A DNA stretch of 63,966 bases, filler included, from Acidimicrobiia bacterium (GCA_046759765.1; 5 parts of 5 records of this genome joined end to end with filler, not necessarily neighbours in it), one strand, 5' to 3'. Numbered from the whole stretch's first letter, positions 9,394-19,715 are shown. Notes: generated from the letters alone by a model not told the origin. Made by a program: numbers and translations.

Positions 9394-10611
9394 CTAGAAG
9401 AACATGGGGCACCACGGTTCGTGGTCGCCCCTGAACATCCCATCTAGCACCCGTACCGCTGCCTGGGACCCTGAAATCCTGCCTGCTTGATACAGGCCAC
9501 GGGTGTGATCCGCCCCTAAGTAGATTGCGCCAAGAGCCTGGACATCGAGCTCCAGATCAGCTTCTTCTTCGGTCTGTTGGCAAGTTGAACCCTCGGGGCC
9601 TCCTTCGAGCTCGAAGCGGCCGCCAACGTCGGGGAGTAGCTGATCGCCGACCTCGATGACCAGACGAGCCTCCTGCCCGTAGCGCCGCGCTTCGAGTGCG
9701 GCCGGCACATCGAGGATGCGGACCCACAGACCATCGGACCGCTTTATCTGCAAGCGCCGCGGGTCGGCAAGCATCCATTCGAGCAGCTCGTCTGCGGGAC
9801 GCACTTGTGCCCCGATCTTGGTTACCAGATCGATCCCGAATAGATATCCCCAGAGGGCCTCGTAAGCCTCGAGCGTCTCGGCCAGCATCAGGCGAACCGC
9901 CACCTTGCCGGCTCCAAACCCGTCTTCCCACTTGCTGTGAGTGCTGTAGACCGCGGCGCCTAGTGCTTCCCCTGCCTCTTCGTAGATCGCATAGCGGCGC
10001 TCGGACGCTCCCTCCCGCCAATACTCCGGGTCGAACCACATCCACTCCCAGCGCTCCTCGGGCCAGGTCAACATTCCTGCGCGTCCGGGACGGATCGCCT
10101 CGTATACACCGGGAACGATCTTCTTGGCTTCGTCTACCTCGATCAGCCGGACTTGGCCTGCGGGCAGTGCCGAGTGGGCGATAACGGTGTGGGTTCGGTC
10201 GATCTCCCAGGAGGCTTTTGCCGCCGCCATGCCGTATCCGAAACGTCCGTAGATGAGCGACTCCGACGCCCACAAGGCCGCTACGGGCTCGCTCCGCTCA
10301 CGGACATCAGTGAGCTGACGCTCCATCATCGCCCGCAGTACGCCCCGGCGGCGGTGGCTCGGGAGCACAGAGATCATCGTCACGCCGGCCGTCGGAACTA
10401 AGCCACCCGGGACGGTCATCTGGAATGTGATCGCTCCCGCCGTGCTGACCATGCGGCCGTCTTCGAAGCCGGACAGAGTGCGATCAAACTCCAGGCCCTC
10501 CTTCCACAGCTCGGTCTCGTGCTCGCGAAACACCCAGCCGAAGGCATGACTCATGACCGAAGTGAACTCTTCGAACTCCTCGGGTGTGATCGGACGCAGC
10601 TCAGGAGCCAT
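9394..10611 (-). CDS. Eis-like GNAT acetyltransferase with C-terminal SCP2-like domain
   Basis: VLPSHRRRGVL, LWASESLIYGRFGYG, 405 aa, aromatic C-terminus. Confidence 0.88.
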   Translation of the reverse strand: MAPELRPITPEEFEEFTSVMSHAFGWVFREHETELWKEGLEFDRTLSGFEDGRMVSTAGAITFQMTVPGGLVPTAGVTMISVLPSHRRRGVLRAMMERQLTDVRERSEPVAALWASESLIYGRFGYGMAAAKASWEIDRTHTVIAHSALPAGQVRLIEVDEAKKIVPGVYEAIRPGRAGMLTWPEERWEWMWFDPEYWREGASERRYAIYEEAGEALGAAVYSTHSKWEDGFGAGKVAVRLMLAETLEAYEALWGYLFGIDLVTKIGAQVRPADELLEWMLADPRRLQIKRSDGLWVRILDVPAALEARRYGQEARLVIEVGDQLLPDVGGRFELEGGPEGSTCQQTEEEADLELDVQALGAIYLGADHTRGLYQAGRISGSQAAVRVLDGMFRGDHEPWCPMFF

Positions 10612-10623
10612 CGGCCGGAAACC

Positions 10624-11451
10624 CTACTCAGGGCCTGAAGCCGGGGCACGTCGCTTCCGTGCGAATAGCACTATCCCGGCTACCAGTGTGACGCCGACGG
10701 CGGCAACGAGGAGTGGGACCTCGCCCCGGCTGGCCAGAACCACCGAGACGGTCCGCCCTAGTGGCGATCCACCTCCACCTGGATCAGCGATCCAGGCGGC
10801 CACCTGCAAGATCACCCAGAAGGACAGCCCGGCCACCATGATGCGTAATGCGAGTGCCCGCAGGGTTGCCCTCCGGTCTGAGCTCAATGCCAGCAAAAGG
10901 GACCCTGCTGTGGCCATCAGCAGGACCGCGACCACGGTAGCCGTGGTGAGGGGCCGACCCACTCGCTCCGAGAGCACAGGCGCCCGGGGTTCGGACTGCA
11001 GGGTGAGAGCAGGAACGCTCTGTAGAGCCGACTCAATGACCGCCGGCTCGAGCGCAATGCCATATGCCGCGAGCTCAGACGAAATCCGGGACGAAAGTGG
11101 AGCCAGCAGAGCTCCGATGTCGACTGACGAAACAGCCGGGTCGTAAGCAGCCTCGACCAGTTCCTGAACGATCTCCGAGCTAGCGTGACGCACCTCGGGC
11201 AGCTCCGCTAGCTCGGCAACGGCCTCCTGCGCCTGCGGCGGTGCCAGCTCGAGTCCGCTTACCACCCAAGAAACCACCTGCTCGGTAACAAGATCGGCAG
11301 GGGCGAGCTCTTGCGCTGCCTCGGCCACAACCTCGCGGTCCGCCACGATGGCGCGACCCCACAGGGATATCAGCAGGACCGTTACAGACAGGCCGAAAAT
11401 CCACCACAGGGTCGTCGTCGACACAGACCGGGTTAGTTCTCGCCAAGACAC
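10624..11451 (-). CDS. Hypothetical membrane protein
   Basis: 275-aa ORF with several hydrophobic segments. Fits between its neighbours. Confidence 0.6.
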   Translation of the reverse strand: MSWRELTRSVSTTTLWWIFGLSVTVLLISLWGRAIVADREVVAEAAQELAPADLVTEQVVSWVVSGLELAPPQAQEAVAELAELPEVRHASSEIVQELVEAAYDPAVSSVDIGALLAPLSSRISSELAAYGIALEPAVIESALQSVPALTLQSEPRAPVLSERVGRPLTTATVVAVLLMATAGSLLLALSSDRRATLRALALRIMVAGLSFWVILQVAAWIADPGGGGSPLGRTVSVVLASRGEVPLLVAAVGVTLVAGIVLFARKRRAPASGPE

Positions 11452-11482
11452 GGCGGGCAGTATGGCTTCTCCCCGGTGCTAC

Positions 11483-11827
11483 TCAGGCGAGAATCGTCTC
11501 TTCGGTCAAGATCGTCTCGGGCCCCCGACGGACAAGCTCCCGATAGAACTCCTGGGGAGGCACGATTGTCTCTGGAGGATGGACGCCAGGACGGCTGATG
11601 AACCCGTCGGCCAGCCAGCGGGCAGCGATCGCGGCCGGTGCTCCGACCACCATTGTTCTCCCGCCACTTCCAGCTCTTTCGAAGGCCACGCCGTCGTGTC
11701 GAGCCGGCGGCGGACCGCCGAGCCGTCCTTCGGCCGCTATCCGACCTGCGGCAACGGCCACTGAATCGGCCGGCTCTCTCGCACCAAAGATCTTCCCATT
11801 GGTGAATACGAAATCAGGCGGACGCAC
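11483..11827 (-). pseudogene. Probable chimeric remnant: amidohydrolase N-terminus joined to a saccharopine-dehydrogenase-like C-terminus
   Basis: PDFVFTNGKIF...SVAVAAGRIAA runs directly into VGAPAAIAARWLADG..GVHPPETIVPPQEFYRELVRRG. Both catalytic cores are missing. Confidence 0.5.
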
Positions 11828-11860
11828 GACCGGGAGCGTATCGGTAGAGTCCCCGAAGCC

Positions 11861-13111
11861 GTGAGCTCGTTCTGGCACCCCTTCGCGCAGATGTGGAAGG
11901 TTGACGCCAATCCTTTTGTGGTCGAGCGCGGCGACGGCGTTTACCTATATGACGGCGCCGGAAAGCAATACCTGGACGGAACTGGTGCCCTTTGGTTCTG
12001 CCAGATCGGCTATGGCCGCCAGGAGATGGCCGACGCGATCGCGGCGCAGGCACGCGAGCTGCACGCTTTTCACACGTTCGGTGACTATTCGAATCCGCGC
12101 GCCGAGGAGTTGGCCAGTCGAATCGCTTCTATCGCCCCGCTGCCCCGAGCCAAGGTGTTCTTTACGAGCGGCGGTTCGGATTCAGTTGACACAGCCGCCA
12201 AGCTCACCCGCCGCTACTTCAATGCCACCGGTCAATCCGACCGGACCGTCTTTGTCTACCGGGACTGGGCTTACCACGGCATGCACGCCTTCGGCACGAC
12301 CTTTTCCGGCATGGACATGAACTTCGAGGGACACGGGCCGATGATCCAGGACGTCGTCAAGGTCCCGTGGGACTCGGTCGAGGATCTCGCCGAGGTCATC
12401 GAGAGAACCGGACCCGATCGGATAGCGGGAATGTTCGCCGAGCCCATCATCGGTGCCGGAGGTGTGCGTTTCCCGCCTGAGGGTTACCTGAAGGGTGCCC
12501 AAGAATTGATTCACGAGGCAGGCGGATTCTTCATCTCCGATGAGGTAATCACCGGGTTCGGGCGGACGGGTGCTTGGTTCGCATCGACTCGCTTCGGACT
12601 GGAGCCCGACCTAATCACGTTCGCCAAGGGAGTCACCTCTGGATATCAGCCGCTCGGCGGTGTGATCGCCGCCGCCAATGTGGCGGAACCTTTCTGGTCG
12701 TCGGCCGAATCGCCGATGTGGCGGCACGGGTACACGTACTCCGGCCACGCGGTGGCCGCGGCGGCCGGGATGGCCAACCTCGACATCATGCAGAGGGAGG
12801 GCCTGGTTGAGCGAAGCTTGGCGCTCGAATCCGACTTGGTGGAGGCTCTCGCACCCGTCGGCGCTCACGCGCTAGTCAGTCACATTCGCCACGGCGCCGG
12901 CTTCCTGGCCGGAGTTCAGATCGACGAGGAGCGGGTGGCCGCCGACCCGGACCTCCCTTTCGCCGCGGCCGACGCCTGCCGTGATTCGGGCCTCCTCAGC
13001 CGCGCGATGGGAGGAGGAGCCCTTCAGATCTCTCCACCGCTGGTGATGACGAAGGAGCATCTCGACGAGCTAGCCGAACGAATGGTGGCCGGCCTCGACG
13101 CGGTCGGCTGA
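11861..13111 (+). CDS. Class III (omega-amine) PLP aminotransferase
   Basis: YLDGTGALW, SGGSDS, AYHG, DEVITGFGRTG, FAKGVTSGY, HGYTYSGH. Confidence 0.93.
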   Translation: MSSFWHPFAQMWKVDANPFVVERGDGVYLYDGAGKQYLDGTGALWFCQIGYGRQEMADAIAAQARELHAFHTFGDYSNPRAEELASRIASIAPLPRAKVFFTSGGSDSVDTAAKLTRRYFNATGQSDRTVFVYRDWAYHGMHAFGTTFSGMDMNFEGHGPMIQDVVKVPWDSVEDLAEVIERTGPDRIAGMFAEPIIGAGGVRFPPEGYLKGAQELIHEAGGFFISDEVITGFGRTGAWFASTRFGLEPDLITFAKGVTSGYQPLGGVIAAANVAEPFWSSAESPMWRHGYTYSGHAVAAAAGMANLDIMQREGLVERSLALESDLVEALAPVGAHALVSHIRHGAGFLAGVQIDEERVAADPDLPFAAADACRDSGLLSRAMGGGALQISPPLVMTKEHLDELAERMVAGLDAVG

Positions 13112-13123
13112 CGGAGAGGCCGC

Positions 13124-14212
13124 CTAGAGGACGAATTGCTCGTACTCGTAGTGGGCCGGCAATCCCCATACCGCCCAGAAATCACCGGTCGCGGGGCGCA
13201 TGATGGCTGCTCCGCACGTGGCGGCGTAGTACGGATGCCCTCCTTGTCGGCAGATGATGTCGTCGCGCGTTACCTCGAATAGCGACTCACTGGTGAGGGG
13301 TCGCTCCTTGAGCAGCTCCTCGGCTCGGCGGAGTCGCGCCTCCGATGAGGCCTCCAGCTCCGGTGGTCGAGGCGCTTCCAACGCCCTGGTCTCGGGACTC
13401 AGACAGTGATTGGTGTGCACCAGCATGTCGTTTTCGAGTGCCTCTACGTGGCTACGGCCGGGCATGGCCTCGACGTTGAACCCGCGACCGTTGCTATCGA
13501 AGAGCAGAAAGTTGTGGGCGCCGGCGAGGTCGGCGTCGAGAACACACTGGAGCGCCTCATCGAGAGTGGTCTGCTCCAAGGCTTTACGCACCACAAACGG
13601 CCAGGTCACACCCGGTTTCCCGTTGTCGGCGCTGAGGTTGTTGATGCCGACCGCAATCCCGGCCTCGTTCAGGCCCATCTGGCCCAAACAACCCACGGTC
13701 GAGTAGACGAGCACTTTGGGCCCATCGATGGGCTTGATTCTCAGCATGACAACAAACGGCTCAGCCGTGGCGTGCATGTCCCAGGTCTGACCGAGGTAGC
13801 CGGCCCCTTCAGCGGCTTTGTCAGCTACCAGGAACGCCGTGCATGTGTCTTCGAACGGGGCGGCCCCGAGACGAGCTCTGACCACGTCAACAAAGTCGGT
13901 CAAGCCTCCGACCACGACCATCTCGGCCGGGGTGAGACCCGCGGCCTGGCCTGTGGCAACCATTTCGTCGAACAGCTCGGGCGAGTACTCCTGGTGCGCC
14001 GGTAGGCACTCTTCGGCGAGCTTGAGAGCAGCTCGCGGGTGAGCTCGCCTCCCGGCCCAGGTGCCCTCGTACGAGAGTCGGAGCCGTTCTTCCGCATAGC
14101 TACGTATCTCGGCCGAGTGGGCGGAGCCATGGGTCCGTCCCCGTTCGGCAGGCGACCCGGTCAGGTCGAGCATGCGAATCGGCCGTCGCTGTAACTCGGA
14201 GCTTCGTCCCAT
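13124..14212 (-). CDS. C45-family Ntn acyltransferase/hydrolase
   Basis: Internal nucleophile DTCT, GQTWD, GLNEAG, HTNH. Start uncertain. Confidence 0.85.
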   Translation of the reverse strand: MGRSSELQRRPIRMLDLTGSPAERGRTHGSAHSAEIRSYAEERLRLSYEGTWAGRRAHPRAALKLAEECLPAHQEYSPELFDEMVATGQAAGLTPAEMVVVGGLTDFVDVVRARLGAAPFEDTCTAFLVADKAAEGAGYLGQTWDMHATAEPFVVMLRIKPIDGPKVLVYSTVGCLGQMGLNEAGIAVGINNLSADNGKPGVTWPFVVRKALEQTTLDEALQCVLDADLAGAHNFLLFDSNGRGFNVEAMPGRSHVEALENDMLVHTNHCLSPETRALEAPRPPELEASSEARLRRAEELLKERPLTSESLFEVTRDDIICRQGGHPYYAATCGAAIMRPATGDFWAVWGLPAHYEYEQFVL

Positions 14213-14233
14213 CTCGGCGAGGTTAACTCCCGC

Positions 14234-14282
14234 GTTCCTGTCAATCGGCGCGTCGCTTTCCGACGCGGGCATTGACACGAAC
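14234..14282. repeat. 49-bp palindromic element (TGTCAAT type)
   Basis: Arms GTTCCTGTCAAT / ATTGACACGAAC around a 25-bp spacer with inner stem CGCGTCG/CGACGCG. Confidence 0.7.
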
Positions 14283-14357
14283 CGGAGGGCTACGAGCGGA
14301 TCACCAGGTCGGGGTGGGTGCGGACGCGGGGTTTGCGGTCGATTACTTCCTGCGCTA

Positions 14358-14457
14358 NNNNNNNNNNNNNNNNNNNNNNNNNNNNNNNNNNNNNNNNNNN
14401 NTTAATTAATTAANNNNNNNNNNNNNNNNNNNNNNNNNNNNNNNNNNNNNNNNNNNN
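14358..14457. other. Artificial contig linker
   Basis: N-run, TTAATTAATTAA (stops in all frames), N-run. Confidence 0.99.
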
Positions 14458-14812
14458 GACCCTGTTCGTCGACGCTCCCAAGGGCTCGGAGATCCTTTCC
14501 AGTGAGGTGTTCGGTCCTGTGCTCACCCTCCAGACCTTCAGGGACGAAGGAGAGGCCATCGAGATCGCCAACAGCACCACCTACGGCCTCGCTGCCATTC
14601 TCTACACCGGCGACCACGAGCGGTCCGAGCGGGTCTCTGGCCGGTTGACGGCCGGCACCGTGTGGGTGAACTGCTTCTACGTGCGTGACCTGCGAGCGCC
14701 CTTTGGTGGCTCTCGTAACAGCGGCGTCGGAAGGGAAGGCGGCAACTGGAGCTTCGACTTCTACGCCGACGTGAAAAACACCGTCAGCTCCCCGGAACAC
14801 TGGTCGGACTGA
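14458..14812 (+). CDS. Aldehyde dehydrogenase C-terminus (hydroxymuconic-semialdehyde dehydrogenase-like), 5' truncated
   Basis: EVFGPV, YGLAA, GTVWVNCFYVRDLRAPFGG..SGVGREGG. Confidence 0.88.
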
Positions 14813-14820
14813 AGTCTGAG

Positions 14821-14869
14821 GTTTCTGTCAATCTCAGTACCGCCTGGCGGCATTTCGATTGACAGAAAC
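14821..14869. repeat. 49-bp palindromic element (TGTCAAT type); may also act as a terminator between convergent genes
   Basis: Perfect 13-bp inverted repeat GTTTCTGTCAATC / GATTGACAGAAAC with inner CCGCC-T-GGCGG. Confidence 0.75.
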
Positions 14870-14879
14870 GCGGGTGGCC

Positions 14880-15455
14880 TTAGCCCAGCACCTGCTCCAT
14901 CGCCGTGAACGAGCCCAGGAGGGCGCTTCTCTGATCGGGATAGAGCCTTACGTATATCCGCTTGGGGGGGAACGCGGTGATGACCTCGGAGGCTCCGATC
15001 AGCTCGGTCTCGGCCCTCCAGACGTTGGCTTCTCGACGGAGCTCGTAGCGCTTGAAGTCCAGCTCTATCAGCGCTCGCTCGAACCCCTTGTTCGTAATGA
15101 GGCGGTCGACGGCCTCTGTGAAGGCGGCGTCGCCCTCCTTGACGACGGCCTCGACGCCGGTTCTTTTGAGCCGGCCGGTGTTGCGCAGTACGGCATGACC
15201 TGAGCGACCCTCCGGAGCAGGCATCGAGTAGCCGAACACCACCACCGTGATGTGTCCGAGGAAGTTCTTGATGACATCTTCGTGAACGTCGAAAGAGGGG
15301 AGCCCGCCTCCCTTAGTTAAAAAGCGCCCCCGATTGGGGCTTGCGAGCTCCAATTCGTGTTGCCGTAGATCGACCGCTATCCGGGAAAGCAGCTTCCCCG
15401 GCCGGTACGACCGGGGAAGCTTTCCTTTTCCTAGGAACCGGGCAACCGAGTTCAC
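14880..15455 (-). CDS. DUF3156-like protein associated with the APC permease
   Basis: YRPG near the N-terminus, LDFKR, GASEV...YVRL. Start overlaps the permease stop. Confidence 0.6.
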   Translation of the reverse strand: MNSVARFLGKGKLPRSYRPGKLLSRIAVDLRQHELELASPNRGRFLTKGGGLPSFDVHEDVIKNFLGHITVVVFGYSMPAPEGRSGHAVLRNTGRLKRTGVEAVVKEGDAAFTEAVDRLITNKGFERALIELDFKRYELRREANVWRAETELIGASEVITAFPPKRIYVRLYPDQRSALLGSFTAMEQVLG

Positions 15456-16918
15456 ATGCCCTCGGGTGCCTCCGCCATTCCCTCCTCTGCCAGGAACGTC
15501 TCAGGCTCCTCGGGTTTCCACGGATTCTGCTTCTGTACGAAGTACGTCCAGATCAAGGCATAGATCGCCGATGCCCCGAGCATGATCCCGAACGGGATGT
15601 ATATGTCGCTCCGGGTCAGACCGGGCGGAGCTATGTACCAGAACGCGATCACTAGTCCGATCGTGGCCAGGATCTGCGGCAACGGGTACAGAGGAGTCTT
15701 GTACGGACGATCGATATCGGGCCGCCGAGCCCGCAGCGCGACAATCGAGATGTTGATCAACACGTAGCTGAAGATCCACGCCCCGACCGCGGCCAGAATG
15801 AGCTGGATGATCGATGCGACATCCCCGTCACGCACCAAGTCGATGTATAGGGTCCCAAGAATCGGAAGGAGCCCTACCAGGGCAATTCCGACCCAAGGCT
15901 CCCGAAAGCGGGGGTGCAGGTAGCCAAACACCGAGGGAACAGTGCCGTCCTTGGCCATCCCGTACAAGATCCGCGGGATGCTGGCCAGCACCGTGTTCAG
16001 AGTCGCCGCGGCGGCGAAAAGCACCGCAATGCCCAGCCAGTAGCGGCCGAAGGTTCCGAAGATCTCCTCGGCAAACAGCGGGATCGCTATTGGTGTGTCG
16101 AGAATCGCTTCCCCGGTATCCGGATCCAGCACTTCGTTCTCGACCTGCCGGGCGATGGCAGCTCCATATATGAACATCGCGAAGCCGACCGCCGTAACCC
16201 CGATATACATCGCTCTCGGGATCGTTCTGGCCGGCTCTCTGACCTCGGCTGCGAGCGGTACCACGTACTCCATCCCCACGTACAGGAACAACGCCAATGC
16301 CACCATCGACAAGATGTTCTCCAGGTTCACCGGAAACACCGGGTCGCCGAAGAAGCCGGTGATGCTCGTCTGCTTGGCGCTGAATATGCCCACCAGGCTG
16401 AACAGCACGAGCGTGCCCCACATGGCAATCGTCAGGCCGATCTCGACGCTGCCGTAGACGCGGATGCCAAGGGCGTTGACGAGGGCCAGGATGACCACCA
16501 GGCCCACACCGATCCACCAGTTGCCGGTCAGCGAGAAGTTCTCCAGATCGCCGAAGTTGGCTCGGGCGAAGATGCCCGCGGCCGCCGCCTCTGCACTGCC
16601 CGCAAACACGTCGACCAGGAGATACGCCGCCAATGTCCCGGTGATCGCAAAGAACCGCCCCATGCCCGAGGCGATGTAGTCATACACCGAGCCTGCCGTC
16701 GGCAGAATCGCCGATCCCTCCGCGAAGCTGGCCGACTGGGCAATCATCAACACATAGGCGATCACTACCGCAATGGCGAAGACGTAACCCCCGGCGCCAT
16801 AGCCGACAGTCGCCGACAGGAGCACCGAGCTCGCGATAATGAGCCCGACCGTCGTTGCTAGGGCAGTGGGAAAGCCGACTGCTCCCCGTTCTAGCGTTAC
16901 ATCGCCACCGTTTGCCAT
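15452..16918 (-). CDS. APC-family amino acid/amine permease
   Basis: About 12 TMs, PRILYGMAKDG, RPYKTPLYP. ATG at 16918 with GGAGG RBS. Confidence 0.92.
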   Translation of the reverse strand: MANGGDVTLERGAVGFPTALATTVGLIIASSVLLSATVGYGAGGYVFAIAVVIAYVLMIAQSASFAEGSAILPTAGSVYDYIASGMGRFFAITGTLAAYLLVDVFAGSAEAAAAGIFARANFGDLENFSLTGNWWIGVGLVVILALVNALGIRVYGSVEIGLTIAMWGTLVLFSLVGIFSAKQTSITGFFGDPVFPVNLENILSMVALALFLYVGMEYVVPLAAEVREPARTIPRAMYIGVTAVGFAMFIYGAAIARQVENEVLDPDTGEAILDTPIAIPLFAEEIFGTFGRYWLGIAVLFAAAATLNTVLASIPRILYGMAKDGTVPSVFGYLHPRFREPWVGIALVGLLPILGTLYIDLVRDGDVASIIQLILAAVGAWIFSYVLINISIVALRARRPDIDRPYKTPLYPLPQILATIGLVIAFWYIAPPGLTRSDIYIPFGIMLGASAIYALIWTYFVQKQNPWKPEEPETFLAEEGMAEAPEGM

Positions 16919-17122
16919 TCGAACCACCTCCCACCGCCCGGCCCGCCCGAGCGGCCTGCGATCGAACCTAGCAGTCGGTTTTCGCGCTCGTCTTGGAAAG
17001 TGGAGGTTTCGAAGAGCACAGTGAGTGGTGCCGGACGCGCTCCAAGTGGGGGCCTGCCGGTCGGACCTCGAGCCGGCGGCCTCCCTAGACTCGATCGCCA
17101 CCGGATCACAGGAGGAGCCCAA

Positions 17123-18406
17123 GTGCTGAGCGAGGAATATCACCGGCTTCGGGTGCTGTGGCCCGATCACCTGGGCCTCGCCCGCGGAAAGTACCTGCCC
17201 CGCGACTATGCCGAGCGAACCAATCACTGCATCACGCTGTTCGCGCTCGGCTACGACCGGGATATGACGCCGAATCCGGGCTCCTACTTTTTCGAGGGCA
17301 TGCCCGATTGCGAGGCCGTCTACGACATTTCTGAGGCCCGCAAGGGCTGGGAGGAAGGCACCGCGGTCGCGGTGGCGGACATCTTCAAGGACGGCAAGCC
17401 GGTAGAGCTCGCCCCGCGGACCGTGTTACAGCGGGCCGTGGCCGACTGGGAAGAGCTCGGATTTACCCCGCAGGTGGGCTTCGAGTTCGAGGCCTTCCTC
17501 TTCGAGCCCGACGGCGACGGCGGGTGGATCCCAATCGACACTCCCGGCGCCTACGTGTATGGAACCGGTACCGCGGTGGACCCGGCCGGCGTATTCGACG
17601 ACGTAATGGTGGCGTGTGACGAGGTCGGGATCCCGCTCGAGGCGATCAACAGCGAATACGACAACGGGCAGTTCGAGCTGACGATCGCCTATGGAGATGC
17701 GACTGAGGCAGCTGACCACGCTTTTCTGTTCAAGGTGATGGCTCGGGAGATCGCCCATCGCAAGGGCTACCTGTGCACCTTCATGGACAAGCCGATCCCG
17801 GACCGGGGCGGCAGTGGGACGCACGTAAACCTGAGCCTGGCCAAGGACGGCGTGAATCTCTTTGTCGACGAGTCGGCGTCGGACGGCATCTCGGACCTCG
17901 CCAAGCGTTGCATCGCCGGGCTTGTTGCCCACCACGAGGGCATGGCGGCGATACAAGCTCCGACTGTCAACAGCTACCGGAGGCTCCGACCTGGACAACT
18001 GTCGGGCTATTGGGCCAACTGGGGCTACGACCACCGCGGGGTAGCGGTTCGGGTTCCGCCGGATCGAGACGCGAGGACTCGCCTAGAACATCGGCTTGGC
18101 GGCGCCTCCTGCACTCCTCACCAGGCGGCGGCGGCGACGCTCCAGGCGGCTCGGCTCGGCTATGTCAACGAGCTGGACCCGCCCGAGGCCGAGACGCAGG
18201 ACTGCCTCGAGAACGTGAGCACCGATCGGTCCGTGGCGCGGGACTTCGCAGCGGCACTCGACGAGCTGGAGGCGGACAAGGAGTTTGTCGAAGCGTTCAG
18301 CCCCGACTTCGTGGCCGCCTTCACGGTGATCAAGCGAGCCGAGTGGGAGCGGTTCCGTGGCTACACGACTGATTGGGAGCTCAACGAATACCTCCACTTC
18401 CTCTAG
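17123..18406 (+). CDS. Glutamine-synthetase-family gamma-glutamyl ligase (PuuA-like)
   Basis: DHLGLARGK, FEFEAFL, EYDNGQFE, GSGTHVN, NSYRRL, LEHR. GGAGGA RBS before GTG. Confidence 0.9.
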   Translation: MLSEEYHRLRVLWPDHLGLARGKYLPRDYAERTNHCITLFALGYDRDMTPNPGSYFFEGMPDCEAVYDISEARKGWEEGTAVAVADIFKDGKPVELAPRTVLQRAVADWEELGFTPQVGFEFEAFLFEPDGDGGWIPIDTPGAYVYGTGTAVDPAGVFDDVMVACDEVGIPLEAINSEYDNGQFELTIAYGDATEAADHAFLFKVMAREIAHRKGYLCTFMDKPIPDRGGSGTHVNLSLAKDGVNLFVDESASDGISDLAKRCIAGLVAHHEGMAAIQAPTVNSYRRLRPGQLSGYWANWGYDHRGVAVRVPPDRDARTRLEHRLGGASCTPHQAAAATLQAARLGYVNELDPPEAETQDCLENVSTDRSVARDFAAALDELEADKEFVEAFSPDFVAAFTVIKRAEWERFRGYTTDWELNEYLHFL

Positions 18407-18415
18407 GCGGCGGCG

Positions 18416-19591
18416 GTGACGATCGGAGAGACCGTAACCCTCGAGGACCTGGAGGCTGACCCCAACCCGATCCTTTCGCGGCTGCGGGGGGAGGAACCCG
18501 TTAGCTACATCGCCTCGATGCAGATGTGGCTCGTGACCCGCTGGGACGACATCGAATACGTCGAGGACCATCCGGAGCTGTTCACGGCGGCCACCGTGCC
18601 GTCGTTCCTGGCCCGGACTCTGGGCTCGAACATGCTGACGGTCGACCCGCCGGAGCACACGCGGATCAAGGAGGCGATGCTGCCGCCATTTCAGCCCGGC
18701 GGCTACAGCGGTTCCTACGCACGGGGGATGCTGCCGGCCATCTGTGACGAGCTCATCGATGGCTTCTTCGAACAGGGTGAGGTCGAGATCATGGAGGCAT
18801 ACGCCGCTCCGGTGAGCACCATCTCGCTCAAGACCGCTCTGGGGCTCGACAACGTCACCTGGCAGCAGCTGTGGGCATGGTGCGAGGGCCTGATCACCGA
18901 TCTGGCCAACTTCGAGGACGATCCCGAGCTGAAGGCGATTGGGGAGAAGACGAAGTCGGAGCTAGGTGCCGCTCTCCAATCCCGGATGGAGGAGTTGCGG
19001 GAGATTGCCGACGACTCGGCCCTTTCGCACATGCTGACCGAGGCGGAGAAGGGAAATCTCTCGGAGGAGGAGATCGTCAACAACGTCCGCCTGATGATCT
19101 CGGGCGGGATCAACGAGCCCCGAGACGGGATCGGGCTCGTGGCCTGGGTGCTGCTCACCGTCCCCGGTCTCAGGGGAGAAGTCGAGGGCAGCCCTCGTCT
19201 GTGGACAAGGCTCGTCGAAGAGGTGTTTCGCCTTTACAGCCCGGTCGGGACGATTACCCGCATGGCTACCCAGGACGTGGAGATCGGGGGAGTCACGATT
19301 CCTGAGGGAGCTCTAGTGGCCGGCGTTCTGCGGTCCGCCAATCTGGACGAGGACCACTGGGAACGACCGAACGAGTTCGATATCGGCCGGCGGGAAGGCC
19401 AGCACGCGGCCTTTGCCCTCGGCGTTCATCGTTGTTTAGGCGAGTGGCTCGGACGGCAAGAGGTCAGAGTCGGCACGCAGAAGCTCTTCGAGCGGCTCCC
19501 CGGATTGAGACTCCATCCCGACGAGACCGTGGAGCTGCACGGCTTCGAGTTCCGGGGCCCTCACTCCCTCCGTCTCCAATGGGACGTTTAA
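18416..19591 (+). CDS. Cytochrome P450 with atypical I-helix (GGINEP)
   Basis: ExxR (EVFR), heme motif FALGVHRCLG, C-terminal FRGPHSL. Confidence 0.95.
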   Translation: MTIGETVTLEDLEADPNPILSRLRGEEPVSYIASMQMWLVTRWDDIEYVEDHPELFTAATVPSFLARTLGSNMLTVDPPEHTRIKEAMLPPFQPGGYSGSYARGMLPAICDELIDGFFEQGEVEIMEAYAAPVSTISLKTALGLDNVTWQQLWAWCEGLITDLANFEDDPELKAIGEKTKSELGAALQSRMEELREIADDSALSHMLTEAEKGNLSEEEIVNNVRLMISGGINEPRDGIGLVAWVLLTVPGLRGEVEGSPRLWTRLVEEVFRLYSPVGTITRMATQDVEIGGVTIPEGALVAGVLRSANLDEDHWERPNEFDIGRREGQHAAFALGVHRCLGEWLGRQEVRVGTQKLFERLPGLRLHPDETVELHGFEFRGPHSLRLQWDV

Positions 19592-19606
19592 GGAAGGTCC
19601 GCCCTC

Positions 19607-19715
19607 GTTTTGGTGACGTCAATCCACCCTATGGGTGAGTACGCGTCACGAAAACAAGGCCCTCCGGTTCTTGTGACGTGAACCCACCGTATGGGTGAGT
19701 AGGCGTCACCAAAAC
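19607..19715. repeat. Tandem pair of 49-bp palindromes (19607-19655, 19667-19715)
   Basis: GTTTTGGTGACG...CGTCACGAAAAC, 11-bp spacer, GTTCTTGTGACG...CGTCACCAAAAC. Confidence 0.93.

Noticed and set aside
14358..14457. Repeated TTAATTAATTAA inside N-runs (also at 28622, 42272 and 55628)
   Set aside because: Identical 100-bp artificial contig spacers, not biology. Gene adjacency across them cannot be trusted.
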